DNA of 58,205 nt from Promethearchaeota archaeon (GCA_016926735.1 JAFGOA010000171.1:1-58205), one strand, 5' to 3'; counted from the stretch's first letter, positions 40,955-52,334 are shown. Made by a program: numbers and translations. The notes: a model not told the origin generated them from the letters alone.

Positions 40955-41056
40955 CTATTCTGATTGTATTTTTTCAGAAGATTTATCTGGATCTAAAATA
41001 CCAGAAATAAGGAGATTATATTCTTTTGATATTTTGAGTTGTTTACTTGAATCTTC
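40955..41056 (-). pseudogene. 3'-end remnant of a nucleotidyltransferase paralog of 25655-26284
   Basis: SSKQLKISKEYNLLISGILDPDKSSEKIQSE* versus SSKELNISKEYSLLTSGITDPDEFFEKIHSK*. Confidence 0.75.
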
Positions 41057-41131
41057 TTAAAGATATTAATTTGGATTATATTTTCTTCTACTTAATTCTT
41101 TTAATCTCTAAATTATTTAATTCTATTTATA

Positions 41132-41380
41132 TTATTCAAAAGTGATATTTCTCAGAACATCTTCTAATAAGATTTTTCGATCATTGGGTGTTAAAGCAAG
41201 CATTTCTTTAATAAAAAGTTGTTTTTCTTCATTATCCTGCCATTTAATTTGATTTACTTTATTAAAGAAATCCTTCTCTAATAAGGTTATTATTATCTCT
41301 TTTGATTTATCTAGTCTCTCAATGAAATATTTCTCTTTAAAAAGTTCTATTAGATGATTATTTTTATATTCCATTTTCAT
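41132..41380 (-). CDS. Hypothetical protein, possibly a C-terminal fragment
   Basis: 82-aa ORF; upstream sequence looks coding-like but contains stops. Confidence 0.45.
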   Translation of the reverse strand: MKMEYKNNHLIELFKEKYFIERLDKSKEIIITLLEKDFFNKVNQIKWQDNEEKQLFIKEMLALTPNDRKILLEDVLRNITFE

Positions 41381-41820
41381 AGTTGTCTTTCAATATCTCT
41401 TATTTTAATTCTCTATTCTTTTTATTCTTTCAAATTTTTAATAGTTCTTTTCAATTTTATCCTACTTTTTTTTAAAATATTCAATTTCATAATCTTTCTG
41501 ATACTTACATATTCTTTATGAATTATACGCTAGAAAGGAGTATTAGATTTCTCTTTTCTACCATGGTATTTAATTGGTTATTTAATAATCTTCTCTAGGA
41601 TAATTTGCCTATTAGTAATAAAATTAATCATTTTCTAAATATAAATATTTTGTATAAAATCTTAATATTCTCTGACTTAAGAAAATAAAAGACATTTCTT
41701 AATTGAAATACTTGTTTTTTATGATTAGAGAATGTTTGAAAATAGGAAATATATCCTATAGAAGATTTAGATATAAATAAACATAATTTTAATAATAATT
41801 GATAAATTTAATCAAGTAGA

Positions 41821-42390
41821 ATGAATAAAAAGCGATGTTGGAAAACGGAAGATACCCTAATGATCAAATACCACGATGAAGAATGGGGAAATCCTATTCA
41901 TGATGATACAAAATTATATGAATTTTTGATATTAGAAGGAGTTCAAGCAGGATTATCATGGCAGACTATATTAAATCGAAGAGAAAACTATCGAATTGCT
42001 TTTGATCAATTTGACTATAGGAAAATTGCACTTTATGATGAAGATAAGATTAATTTATTACTAAACGATAGAGAAATAATTAGAAATAGTTTGAAAATTA
42101 ATGCTGCTGTTATAAATGCTAAAGCATTTCTCAAAATTCAAAAGCAATATGGAAGTTTTGATAAATATCTTTGGAGTTTTACTGAGAATAAACCAATAAT
42201 TAATGAATATAAAGATTTTAAAGATGTCCCTTCAAAAACAGAATTATCAGAAACTATCAGTAAGGATTTAAGAAAAAAAGGATTTAAATTTGTTGGTCCA
42301 ACAATTATATATGCATTCATGCAAGCAATAGGAATGGTAAATGATCATTTAGTTTATTGTTATAGATATCATGAGATAAATAAGAAATAA
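41821..42390 (+). CDS. tag: DNA-3-methyladenine glycosylase I
   Basis: YHDEEWG, LEGVQAGLSW, GFKFVGPTIIYAFMQAIGMVNDH. Confidence 0.95.
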   Translation: MNKKRCWKTEDTLMIKYHDEEWGNPIHDDTKLYEFLILEGVQAGLSWQTILNRRENYRIAFDQFDYRKIALYDEDKINLLLNDREIIRNSLKINAAVINAKAFLKIQKQYGSFDKYLWSFTENKPIINEYKDFKDVPSKTELSETISKDLRKKGFKFVGPTIIYAFMQAIGMVNDHLVYCYRYHEINKK

Positions 42391-42442
42391 TCCCATATGA
42401 ATCAAAGGGATGATTAAAAAGATTTAAAATTATAAGGTTATA

Positions 42443-42901
42443 TTAAAATAACTTCACAATCTCTTGTAGGGTTATCCTCAATCTCATTTGGTTTTCTATA
42501 AAAAATTCTTTAAACCATGGCAATATATCATCCGGAATCGTTAAGACAGCATTTTCCTTTTTATCTTCTCTAAGGAAAATCAAACTAATTATATAAAACT
42601 TTTTAAGAGTGTCATTTATCATTTGTAAAGAAAAATATGGGATATCAGCTATTTTCACCTTATCTATGATTTCTTTTCTCCCTGTTTTAGAGATAAGAGA
42701 TATAAAATAGATACATAAATCAGATAAAGATTTAAACAAATCTATTATAAAATTTTTCTTACTCATTGATTGATCTAATAATTCAACCAATCGCTGTTTA
42801 TCCAATCTTCCATAACCCGAGATTTTCAAATTCATACATATCGCCTTTAGTTCATCTATCGTATATTGGTTTAAAATATCACGTAATTTCATATTTATCA
42901 C
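42443..42901 (-). CDS. Hypothetical protein with Rho_N/SAP-like N-terminal helices
   Basis: TIDELKAIC..LKISGYGRLDKQRLV. Confidence 0.6.
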   Translation of the reverse strand: MINMKLRDILNQYTIDELKAICMNLKISGYGRLDKQRLVELLDQSMSKKNFIIDLFKSLSDLCIYFISLISKTGRKEIIDKVKIADIPYFSLQMINDTLKKFYIISLIFLREDKKENAVLTIPDDILPWFKEFFIENQMRLRITLQEIVKLF

Positions 42902-43080
42902 TTCCTAATTTAATTAACGGTTTTATAAAATAATTTTCCATTAATTCAGATAAGAAAATGAGTCTCAAATAAATTAGTTTATGTTTAGTCTTTTCTTCAG
43001 ACATTCCTTCCTAAAATTCAATCATAATTACTCAAGAAAATCCCTCCCTTTACATTATCAGGTATTTTTTTTTAGAAATT

Positions 43081-43764
43081 TTAATTTTTAAATTTTCCAA
43101 AAAAAAACTCCATAGCAATAATTTCTGCATCTCTTATATGTTTATTTACAGCAGATATGCTTATTCCAAAATGATCTGCTATTTTCTTAGAAGATATCTT
43201 TTTTGGGGAGTTAAAAAATCCATTTTTAGCAGCATATGTAGAGATCTCTTTTTGTCGTTTTGTGAAATTAGGAAATGCTGCAGAATATGGACCAATAATA
43301 CTATCGATATTTTTAATATTATTAATATCTGTTATACTTATTATTTGAAAAGATTCAGTAAATTTTTCGATTGTATTATATAATTTTGAGATATAATCTT
43401 CATGTGATATCAAGTTAATAAGTAATACTTCTTGAGAGATATAGATTGGAAAGATTAAAGCCCAAGGTCCAGAATCAATAATAGGAAAAAATCCCGTGGA
43501 ACTATTCTGGTACATTATACATATAATCTCATCATCAGTTTGCTCAATAATTTGAAAAGTTTCTGGATTAAATCTACTCTTTACCTCAAATATTAAATTA
43601 TGCATAGAATCGGGGTTAAATTTAATTCGTTGAAGCGAAAAGAATTGATTTTGAGAATATTGAAAGGCTTTTAATATTTCAACTGATTTTAACTCTTTAA
43701 ATAATTCTGAAAATCCTATATGTTCTAGGAAATTACCTGAAATTTGTAATCTAATAATTTTCAT
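43081..43764 (-). CDS. Bacterio-opsin-activator-like (HTH_10) regulator
   Basis: FTKRQKE..AAKNGFFNSPKKIS..IADHFGIS..AVNKHIRDAE. Confidence 0.85.
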   Translation of the reverse strand: MKIIRLQISGNFLEHIGFSELFKELKSVEILKAFQYSQNQFFSLQRIKFNPDSMHNLIFEVKSRFNPETFQIIEQTDDEIICIMYQNSSTGFFPIIDSGPWALIFPIYISQEVLLINLISHEDYISKLYNTIEKFTESFQIISITDINNIKNIDSIIGPYSAAFPNFTKRQKEISTYAAKNGFFNSPKKISSKKIADHFGISISAVNKHIRDAEIIAMEFFFGKFKN

Positions 43765-43818
43765 AACTTATTTTAATTCCTTATATTTAAATGTTAAAAT
43801 AAAATCCAATATTTATTA

Positions 43819-43832
43819 GTTGCGATCGCAAC
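43819..43832. promoter_or_regulatory. Palindromic operator between divergent genes
   Basis: Perfect GC-rich palindrome GTTGCGATCGCAAC. Confidence 0.6.
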
Positions 43833-43941
43833 CATATCATTGATTAATTTGAATTAATATAATTTTATCATAAGGAATTATATGTTCTAAGGGATTGAGG
43901 GAATAATTTTATAAAAATAAGGTAAATATTATTCAGTTCTA

Positions 43942-44964
43942 TTGAGTTCTAAAACGATTCCTTATAATATATTAAATTTAAAGGGTGTTAAATTGAAGAT
44001 TTTATTAACTGGAGCTTTTGGAATTGTGGGATTGAAGGTTTTAGATAATTTAGTAAAAGAAAACGATGAAATTAAGTGTTTTGATATTAAAACTCATGAA
44101 AATTGGCTAAAATCTAAAAAATATAAGAAAAGAGTAAATATCTATTGGGGAGATATCCAAAATAAAAGGGATTTAAAAGAAGCTATGGAGGATATAGATA
44201 TAGTAATTCATTTAGCAGCAATTATTCCACCATTAGCAGATAAAAATCCAAATCTTGCTAAAAATGTAAATATCGGTGGAACTAATAATCTAATTGAAGT
44301 TATGGAATCACAAAATAGAAAACCAAGATTAATCTATACATCTTCTATAGCAATTTATGGTGATCGTCGTAATAATCCATTAATTTTCATTACAGATTGT
44401 CCTAATCCTAATCGAAATGATCTATATGCTCAGCAAAAATTAGAATGTGAAAAATTAATAAAGAAATCGAATTTAGATTGGGTAATTTTCCGTTTAACCT
44501 ATATAGTATCTCTAAATAAGCTAAAAATGGATCCATTAATGTTTGAGATGCCTCTCGAGACAAAAATCGAAATTTGTGATGCTAATGATGTTGGTCTTGC
44601 TATAGCTAATGCTATAAAATCCAAGAATATATGGAAAAAAGTATTTCATATTGCTGGAGGGGAAAAATGCAGAACAACCTATAAAGAATATCTTGAAAAT
44701 ATGTTTGAAATTTTTGGTTTAGGTAAAAAAGCATTGGTAGAAGAAGCTTTTAGTAAAAACGAATTTCATTGTGGTTATATGGACACTGCAGAAAGCCAAT
44801 TCCTTCTGCATTATCAAAACTATTCTCTTGAAAATTATTATGAAGATGTTAAGCAGAAACTTAGATTTCTTTCATTTTTTATCAAAATTTTTCGTTATTT
44901 TGCTTTAAATAGTATACTTCATAAATCAAAATATTATCAAGAATTTATCAAAAGTAAAAGATAG
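43942..44964 (+). CDS. NAD-dependent epimerase/dehydratase (extended SDR)
   Basis: TGAFGIVG, HLAA, YxxxK (YAQQK). Confidence 0.9.
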   Translation: MSSKTIPYNILNLKGVKLKILLTGAFGIVGLKVLDNLVKENDEIKCFDIKTHENWLKSKKYKKRVNIYWGDIQNKRDLKEAMEDIDIVIHLAAIIPPLADKNPNLAKNVNIGGTNNLIEVMESQNRKPRLIYTSSIAIYGDRRNNPLIFITDCPNPNRNDLYAQQKLECEKLIKKSNLDWVIFRLTYIVSLNKLKMDPLMFEMPLETKIEICDANDVGLAIANAIKSKNIWKKVFHIAGGEKCRTTYKEYLENMFEIFGLGKKALVEEAFSKNEFHCGYMDTAESQFLLHYQNYSLENYYEDVKQKLRFLSFFIKIFRYFALNSILHKSKYYQEFIKSKR

Positions 44965-45032
44965 TATTTTTATTGGGAATTTTGAGTTTTATTATCAAGT
45001 AGTTATCATAAAAAAAAATAAAAATTTTATAT

Positions 45033-47192
45033 TTATTTAACTAAATCTGATATAGCCTTTTCAATTGATGAATATCCTAACTCATTGCTCAATCTAGAAA
45101 TCATATCTCTTGCATGTTTCTTATGAATTGGGGCAAATGCCAATTCTATCCCAGAGTAATCTGATAAATAAACTAATCCTATTTTTAGAGCTCTTTTTTT
45201 ATTTCCAAGTTTTTCATTGCAAAACATTGCTCTATATGTTACCTTATCTGCATTAGCTCTTATATTTACAAATAATAATCCTTCTAGCGCTAAATCATAC
45301 CAATATATAGCATTCTTCCAATCCTTACAGCGATCATAGAACCCACCCAAAGCTTCAGGAATGGGGGGCAAAGTTGCTTCAGTAACTTTTCCTTCTGTTT
45401 CTTTTAATGAAGATTTTACCGCATATTCAGCAAGTTCTAAATCATCTCCTGCTTCTGCTAGTTGAGTCAGATTTGAGAAAATTAATTGACGATAAGATGA
45501 ATTAAAATTGTTTATTTCTTCAATAATTGGATTATAGATCTCTCGGATCTTTTTATAAACATTTAAAGGAAATTTATAAGTAAGATAATCTGCTTCTTCC
45601 GCGGTAAATGCTTTATTTTCCTCACCAAATTTACCTTTCATTAATTGCATCCAAATAGCTGCTATTCCTAATTCTAATTTTGCTAATACCTTTTTATCAC
45701 AATTTAAAGAAGAACAACGCTTAAGTATATCATCAAATTGATTTCTAATTATTTTATCAATTTCCTCCATAGTAGAAGAATCATCTATTTTGTTATCTAT
45801 AAGAGTATGTATCTCTTTAATATCTTCATCGGAAAGCAATTTATTTGTCTCTTTAAGAATTTCTTTTCCAGATAAATAAAGTATGGAAAGTATTAAAGCA
45901 TCTATACCCTCTTCAAAATATTCTTCTTCTATGTTGAGAATCGATTCAATGAGAAGTTTCAATACTGGTCGTATATTAAAAACTCCCTTTCGTCGTTTTT
46001 CTTCTGGAGTAACTTTTTTTTCTTTTTTAGCCATAATTTCAGTTATTTTCTTTTGATATTCAGCATATTGAAGTTCTCCACTAGTTAATTTTGCCATTAG
46101 TTCTGTAATTTGTTGATTATAATCCATTTGAAGATCTACATTTTGTTTTGTTTCTTTCCATCCGTCTTTCAAATAATTCTGCCATTCTTTGCTATAATTT
46201 TGTATATCAGTTAGCGTAAGACCATAAATATATGGTAAAGGCATTCCTTCTATCCAATTATCTAGCCATATCTTACGCTTTTCTGTTAAATGCTTAAATT
46301 CTTTATCAGACTCTTCTCTATCTAAAGATGTGAGGTTTTTATTATCAATTCCCTTTTTATTAATAATTTCAATTAAAGTGATAGGTAATTCCCCAGTAGT
46401 GAATCTAAATGAATCTATTGGAATAATTTCCTTTAAAGGAGGTCCTTCTTTTTCTCCAGGGCGAATATTCCACATAATTCCCTTAATCATAGGAGATGAT
46501 TTTTCCCAAAAAGTTCTATAATTATTGTGGAGGTAATCCCAACCAGAATACCCAAGGAAAAGACATTCATATTTACTTAATAAATATCTGAAAACCTCTG
46601 CTTTTGGTATTGAAAATCCTTTTGATGTCTTATATTGACTCGCAATAGATACTATTGTATCAGGACGTTCAACTGTACCATGAATTTTAAGAAGAGTATT
46701 TTCTGGAAAATTAGATGTTTTATAATCACTAAATTCTCTATTTGTAACAACTAAATTATAGCTTACCCCCTCGCTTTCAAGCGCTTCTTCAAGAAATCGA
46801 TCAAAATTGGTTGTTATTATTGAATGAATCTTTTTATTTTTCATGAGACGAGCAAGAGCAGTATGAGCCATATTGGGGCGTCCCTCTTGTAATACATTAA
46901 AAACTTCATAAAATCTATTACCTAAAATCGCAGAATAATTCTCAAATATTTCCTCAGGTTGACGATTAATTTTAAAATCAAGATCTCCCATCTCTTTTAT
47001 CTCTTTTACTTGTGTAACTTTAGCAAAGAATGAATCTAATAATTCTTGGGTTAATGTCCACCATGAAGGAGCACATGTAGGAGCGGGTATTGATAGACCT
47101 GCACCAACAAATACTATGATAGGATTCTCTAAAGATTTAATTAATTCATCTTCTGTTGAACCCTTAATATCATAAGGAATCAGTTTTGACAA
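45033..47192 (-). CDS. SIR2-domain protein with helical/TPR-like C-terminus
   Basis: FVGAGLS, ITTNFD, LKIHG, FLGYSGWD; C-terminal LGGFY...AIYWYDLAL. Confidence 0.85.
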   Translation of the reverse strand: MSKLIPYDIKGSTEDELIKSLENPIIVFVGAGLSIPAPTCAPSWWTLTQELLDSFFAKVTQVKEIKEMGDLDFKINRQPEEIFENYSAILGNRFYEVFNVLQEGRPNMAHTALARLMKNKKIHSIITTNFDRFLEEALESEGVSYNLVVTNREFSDYKTSNFPENTLLKIHGTVERPDTIVSIASQYKTSKGFSIPKAEVFRYLLSKYECLFLGYSGWDYLHNNYRTFWEKSSPMIKGIMWNIRPGEKEGPPLKEIIPIDSFRFTTGELPITLIEIINKKGIDNKNLTSLDREESDKEFKHLTEKRKIWLDNWIEGMPLPYIYGLTLTDIQNYSKEWQNYLKDGWKETKQNVDLQMDYNQQITELMAKLTSGELQYAEYQKKITEIMAKKEKKVTPEEKRRKGVFNIRPVLKLLIESILNIEEEYFEEGIDALILSILYLSGKEILKETNKLLSDEDIKEIHTLIDNKIDDSSTMEEIDKIIRNQFDDILKRCSSLNCDKKVLAKLELGIAAIWMQLMKGKFGEENKAFTAEEADYLTYKFPLNVYKKIREIYNPIIEEINNFNSSYRQLIFSNLTQLAEAGDDLELAEYAVKSSLKETEGKVTEATLPPIPEALGGFYDRCKDWKNAIYWYDLALEGLLFVNIRANADKVTYRAMFCNEKLGNKKRALKIGLVYLSDYSGIELAFAPIHKKHARDMISRLSNELGYSSIEKAISDLVK

Positions 47193-47525
47193 TTCTATTC
47201 ATATCCTTTTTTTTGAATTTTCAATAATAATGATATTTCTTAGATATTAATATATCTACTTTTTCGAACTTTTACATAAATCGAGCAATATTTTGTTATA
47301 GAGCTATAATTAGTCGTGTAACGAATTATCAAACAATATAAAAATTTAAAAAAAATCCATATCAACATAAAATATGTAAAATATACAATAGGAATCATTA
47401 TTTTGAAATTGAAGGAGTTTTCAATAAATATCTTTTTATATAGGATATAAGAGCATAATTTAAGTACAAATATTAATTTTTAATTATAATAAAGTTCTTA
47501 TTTATATTTTATTTGATAATAGAAT

Positions 47526-48473
47526 ATGATAAAAATCTCTAGATATTTTGTTATAATAATTGGCGCTGCTATATGTTTGTTATATTGGTTTTTTGAAGCA
47601 TTAATACACAATATAGTATATGGATATTCACATAATATTTTCGAACATATTATATATTTAAGTAGTGCTGAATTAACTCCTCGCGTTTTATTTATGACAA
47701 TTATTCTAATTAATTGTATTATTCTTCAATATTACATAAATAGATTAAAATCAACACAGGAAAATCTTAATGATACCTATGATCAATTAGAAGTACTTAA
47801 TAATATATTTATTCATGATTTATCTAATATTTTTCAAGTAATTCATACATCAGTTTCATATCTTCATCAATTTTCAAAGGGTGAAAATATCAATATCAAA
47901 AATGATGAACTAGTTGAAATGATTTTGAAACAAGATATCAAGGCGAAAATGCTTATATCAAATATGGTTAGTTTTACAAAATTAAAATTTGCTCCTATTC
48001 TCAATTCAATTGATATACAAAATCTTTTATATGACTCAACTAATTTTATCAAAAATAATTTATTAGATAAAAGCATTAAGATTGAATTGCCACATATCGA
48101 TGATAACCTTTATGTAAAAGCTAATGATTTATTGACAAATGTATTTGAAAATGTATTGTATAATGCTGTAAAACATAATAAGAATGACCAAATAGAGATT
48201 GATATTAATATTTCAAAAGAAAATATAGATAAAGTAATATATTTAAAAATAGAGTTTAAGGATAATGGAATAGGAATTCCAGATGAACAAAAAAAAAAAA
48301 TTTTTCAAGAAACTAAATTTATAAGAGATCGTTCTAATGGTATGGGATTTGGATTATCTCTAATAAAAAAAGTTCTATCTTATTATAAAGGATATATAAA
48401 AGTTGAGGATAAGATTCCGGGAAAGTATTCAGAAGGTAGTAATTTTATTGTATATCTCCCAGAAGAGATTTAA
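47526..48473 (+). CDS. Membrane sensor histidine kinase
   Basis: 2 TM, H-box HDLSN, N-box NVLYNAVKH, DNGIGI, GMGFGL. Confidence 0.9.
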   Translation: MIKISRYFVIIIGAAICLLYWFFEALIHNIVYGYSHNIFEHIIYLSSAELTPRVLFMTIILINCIILQYYINRLKSTQENLNDTYDQLEVLNNIFIHDLSNIFQVIHTSVSYLHQFSKGENINIKNDELVEMILKQDIKAKMLISNMVSFTKLKFAPILNSIDIQNLLYDSTNFIKNNLLDKSIKIELPHIDDNLYVKANDLLTNVFENVLYNAVKHNKNDQIEIDINISKENIDKVIYLKIEFKDNGIGIPDEQKKKIFQETKFIRDRSNGMGFGLSLIKKVLSYYKGYIKVEDKIPGKYSEGSNFIVYLPEEI

Positions 48474-48598
48474 TTTAAATTAAAAAATTTTATAATTTAA
48501 TTTTATTTTTTTTAGATATTGAATAACATGATTTATTTTTAATGCCTAAATCTTATTAATAGATAATTTTAATTATACACGATATGTTTATCTAATTC

Positions 48599-49708
48599 AT
48601 GGAAGGAATTAAGTTTGGAACCCAATTATTTTATTCAAATTCGTATGATTTTGTTAGAAAGAAAGTTAGACAAGCATATAAGGAGAATTGGGATTCCATT
48701 TGGTTACCAGATCATCTAAGTGGAATTCCTGGGGGAGCAATTGACGATTTTTTAAGCTTATGGCCAATGTTTGGATCTTTTGCTGAAATAGCTAAGGGAA
48801 AGATCTTAGGATCATCTGTAACTGATCCTCATAGACTTCATCCCGCTGTATTAGCTCAAATTGCTACAACAATTAATCATATAACTGACTCCAAATTTAT
48901 CTTAGGTATAGGTGCGGGAGAGGGAATGAATCTAAAAGCATATAATATAAATTCAGAACATGCCCTCACTAAAATAAGAGAGTCAATAGAAATAATGAAA
49001 TTATTTTGGACAAAAGGTAAAAGAGTAACATATAATGGCAAATATTTTCAAATTAATAAAGCTATTTTGCTACCAAAACCAATAAAAGAAATACCTATAT
49101 GGATTGCCGCAAATGGACCTAAAACAATAGAAATGACGGCCGAATTAGGTGATGGTTGGATTCCATTGGGATTATTTCCAGAGGTTTATAAATCAGGAAA
49201 AGATAAAATAATCAAAATAATAGAAAGAAAAGAACGTGTTTTATCTAAATTTGTATTTGGAGCCTTTTTAAGGATATATATTAATGATGATGAATCTAAA
49301 ATAAGGGAACAGATAGATATAACGAAATATAGTCTTATGACCCAACCTCAATTTATAAAGGAATTAGGACTCTGGAAAACCCAATTTGATGATATTTTTT
49401 ATGATGCAACAGGGTATGATAATAATGAGATGAGTCTGCTTAAAATTGATCGAGAAGATATCAAAAGATTTGATTTTGGAAAATTAAAACCCATTTTTGA
49501 AGATATTCCGAATGAAATTATACGAGAAAACGTTTTGATTGGAACTAAAGAAGAAATTATTAAAAAAATCCAAAAATTTATTGAAGCCGGAACTCAATAT
49601 TTCGTTTTTGAGGTAGTGAATGGTGCTTCTGGTAAGAATTTCCCCTTTACTTATTGGGATGTTTCAAAAATAATTAGTAATGAAATTATTCCAGAATTTA
49701 TTTTATAA
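48599..49708 (+). CDS. LLM-class (likely F420-dependent) oxidoreductase
   Basis: WLPDH, SVTDPHRLHPA, LGIGAGE, ANGPK, GDGW. Confidence 0.9.
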   Translation: MEGIKFGTQLFYSNSYDFVRKKVRQAYKENWDSIWLPDHLSGIPGGAIDDFLSLWPMFGSFAEIAKGKILGSSVTDPHRLHPAVLAQIATTINHITDSKFILGIGAGEGMNLKAYNINSEHALTKIRESIEIMKLFWTKGKRVTYNGKYFQINKAILLPKPIKEIPIWIAANGPKTIEMTAELGDGWIPLGLFPEVYKSGKDKIIKIIERKERVLSKFVFGAFLRIYINDDESKIREQIDITKYSLMTQPQFIKELGLWKTQFDDIFYDATGYDNNEMSLLKIDREDIKRFDFGKLKPIFEDIPNEIIRENVLIGTKEEIIKKIQKFIEAGTQYFVFEVVNGASGKNFPFTYWDVSKIISNEIIPEFIL

Positions 49709-49776
49709 TATATTGTTATTTTTTGATTATGCATATTAAAAATCAATAGATTGATTCAAAAAAAAAAGAAAGTAAT

Positions 49777-50823
49777 TTAAATCTTAAATCCGCAATAACC
49801 ACAAAACTTACTATTGATTTTATTCTCAAAACCGCAATATGAGCAAATTTTTGGTATTTGTTTTTCTATAACCTTGTTTATATTCTGAGGAGAATCTTTG
49901 GGGGGTAATTGATCTATTTTCATTACTTGTTGACTATTTTTCTTTGATGCTACATGTGAACTACTAGCAGCAACTCCAAGAGTAACTATTGGGGCAATTG
50001 GTACATAATAAAAAAGTTTATATATAAATCCTGAATTTTTTTTTTTTTTCCTTAATCCACCACCGTCAAAAATACCACCAACACCGCCTATATCAAGATC
50101 GATGTCTCCTTGCGCATCTAGAATTATTAATGCAATAGTTCCTATAATGATTCCTATTAATACTAAAGAAAGTAAGAAAATAAGCGATACCCGCATTAAA
50201 AATAGCATCCATGAGTTTTTTTTATAATTTCCGCTAACTTTAGCACTATATATCGTAATTAATATAAGTACGTAAAATGAAATTAAACCAGAGGCTATTA
50301 AATAATAAATATTATCATCCAGTTTAAAGAAAATATTAAATAAAACTACAGGTCCCGCAGTCATGATAAAAGAGAGTATAATTTGTAATATACGAGTATT
50401 TTTAGAATAGTAATATCTTCCTAAAATACCTGTTAATAAAAAAATAACTGTAAAAGGAATTATACCAACACAGAAGACAATATAAAGAAATCCAGAGAAT
50501 CTCATAACATATAATAGTAATGTTGGGATTATACCTGAAGTAAATGATAACCCTAGATATAAAACAAAAGCAGAAGAATTATGTCCTTTTAAAGAGAGAT
50601 ATATCGCGGGAATGAATAATATTATTGGAAAGACTATTCCAAGGGCATACAAAGTTGGAGCGGACATTATTGTAAAAATATATTCATATTCTACTAAAAA
50701 ACCAAAAATATAACATGAAAATGTCCAGATAGCACAACTTATGAAAAGATATGGTATAATTTTTCGCACTAATAAGCGCCTATCATACATATTCATTTTA
50801 GATTTTATTTTTGAATCTACCAT
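49777..50823 (-). CDS. Multi-pass membrane protein with C-terminal zinc ribbon
   Basis: 7-8 TM; CSYCG...KFCGYCG. Confidence 0.75.
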   Translation of the reverse strand: MVDSKIKSKMNMYDRRLLVRKIIPYLFISCAIWTFSCYIFGFLVEYEYIFTIMSAPTLYALGIVFPIILFIPAIYLSLKGHNSSAFVLYLGLSFTSGIIPTLLLYVMRFSGFLYIVFCVGIIPFTVIFLLTGILGRYYYSKNTRILQIILSFIMTAGPVVLFNIFFKLDDNIYYLIASGLISFYVLILITIYSAKVSGNYKKNSWMLFLMRVSLIFLLSLVLIGIIIGTIALIILDAQGDIDLDIGGVGGIFDGGGLRKKKKNSGFIYKLFYYVPIAPIVTLGVAASSSHVASKKNSQQVMKIDQLPPKDSPQNINKVIEKQIPKICSYCGFENKINSKFCGYCGFKI

Positions 50824-51007
50824 TTTTCCACCTTTAAGACTATATTTCTATATTTGTTTTTAAGGATAATTAAAATTTACTGAAAGGTGTAGATTTATGA
50901 TCTAAATTTTTTATTTCCAATTTAATTTTAAGTAGAATGAATTACAAAGATTAAAAATAAGTCTCAAATAAGAAGTAAATAGGCATTCTTATCATTAGAT
51001 CTAATTT

Positions 51008-51508
51008 TTAATGATGAGAATGGTCATGATCACAACCACAACCACACATATGCTCGGGATCAGACTCACAACCTGTTTCAAGAATTTTAATTTTAAAGTT
51101 TAATATTTTACCTGCCATTGGATGATTTAAATCAATTGTACAAGTTTCTTTTTCAACTTTTTTAATGCTAGCAGGAATAGGATGACCATGTGAATTCATT
51201 ATCATTATCATCATGCTTTCTTTTGGTTCTTGATCTTTTGGAAAACTGTCTTTTGGAATCATTTGAAGTAATCCGTCCTTATATTCTCCATATGCTTCAA
51301 AAGGTTGTAATTTAATATTATATTCCTCTCCAATGACTTTTCCAACAACAGATTTATCAAAACCAGGAATAATCTGTCCTGCTCCAACCTCAAACTTTAG
51401 AGGAATATTTCCATTATTTTTAGTACTATCAAAAATAGTACCATCTTCAAAAGTTCCAACATATTCGACTTTAATTATATCGCCATTTTTAATTTCCATA
51501 ATTCTCAA
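51008..51508 (-). CDS. slyD: FKBP-type peptidyl-prolyl isomerase (SlyD-like)
   Basis: Y.G...DG..FDS, IIPGF, DLNHPMAGK, Cys/His-rich tail. Confidence 0.9.
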   Translation of the reverse strand: MRIMEIKNGDIIKVEYVGTFEDGTIFDSTKNNGNIPLKFEVGAGQIIPGFDKSVVGKVIGEEYNIKLQPFEAYGEYKDGLLQMIPKDSFPKDQEPKESMMIMIMNSHGHPIPASIKKVEKETCTIDLNHPMAGKILNFKIKILETGCESDPEHMCGCGCDHDHSHH

Positions 51509-51649
51509 TTTATTAATTTAGTATTTAATACTTAATTTCTTCTTAATATTTTAAATAAATGATTAAATAAGTATTTCTCCTTTATTTCCAACAATTACTA
51601 AACATATTCATTTTTAATTTTGAGGAATTTTTTCTTTTTATTGTAAAAA

Positions 51650-52312
51650 ATGGACTCAAATTTATTTATATATTCAATGGGTATATTGTCATTTATAATG
51701 GTATTATTTGATAATTTATATGGAATAGGTAAAAATGAAGTTAATAGAGCATCTCAAGTTTTAGCTGATGCTTTTTCAAAAGATCCTATTTGGAGTGTGC
51801 TTATTAAAGATTATTTTGATAAAGGAAAAAAAGCAGATTTGATATATCAAACTCCTGTTAGATATTCATTAAAATATGGTAGTGTATTTTCTACTTCAAA
51901 AAATTTTGAAGGGATAATTGCATTTTATCCGGGGGATAAGGATATGACAGGATGGAGAATAATCTGGAGTGCAGCAATTATTTCTACTCTTAAAATAGGA
52001 ATGAAATTTGGTAAAATATTATTAGAAGTATTTAAACCAATGAGAGAAGATAAAAAAAAACTTGATATAGATCCATATATATATGTAGGTATTCTTGGAG
52101 TATTAAGAAAATATCAAGGTCAAGGTTTTGGAGGAAAATTATTGAGAGCGCTGATAGAGAAATCAGAAAATGAAGGAAAAGCAATTTATCTCGAAACTGA
52201 AACTGAGGAGAATGTAAAAATGTATGAGAAATTTGGATTTAATGTTATAAAAGAGATTACTCTTCCTATTTTAGAATTACCAATGTGGGAAATGGTTAGA
52301 TATTGTAGTTAA
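51650..52312 (+). CDS. GNAT N-acetyltransferase
   Basis: YQGQGFGGKLL, YLET, NVKMYEKFGF. Confidence 0.9.
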   Translation: MDSNLFIYSMGILSFIMVLFDNLYGIGKNEVNRASQVLADAFSKDPIWSVLIKDYFDKGKKADLIYQTPVRYSLKYGSVFSTSKNFEGIIAFYPGDKDMTGWRIIWSAAIISTLKIGMKFGKILLEVFKPMREDKKKLDIDPYIYVGILGVLRKYQGQGFGGKLLRALIEKSENEGKAIYLETETEENVKMYEKFGFNVIKEITLPILELPMWEMVRYCS

Positions 52313-52334
52313 AGTGAGAATTTCAGGATTAAAA

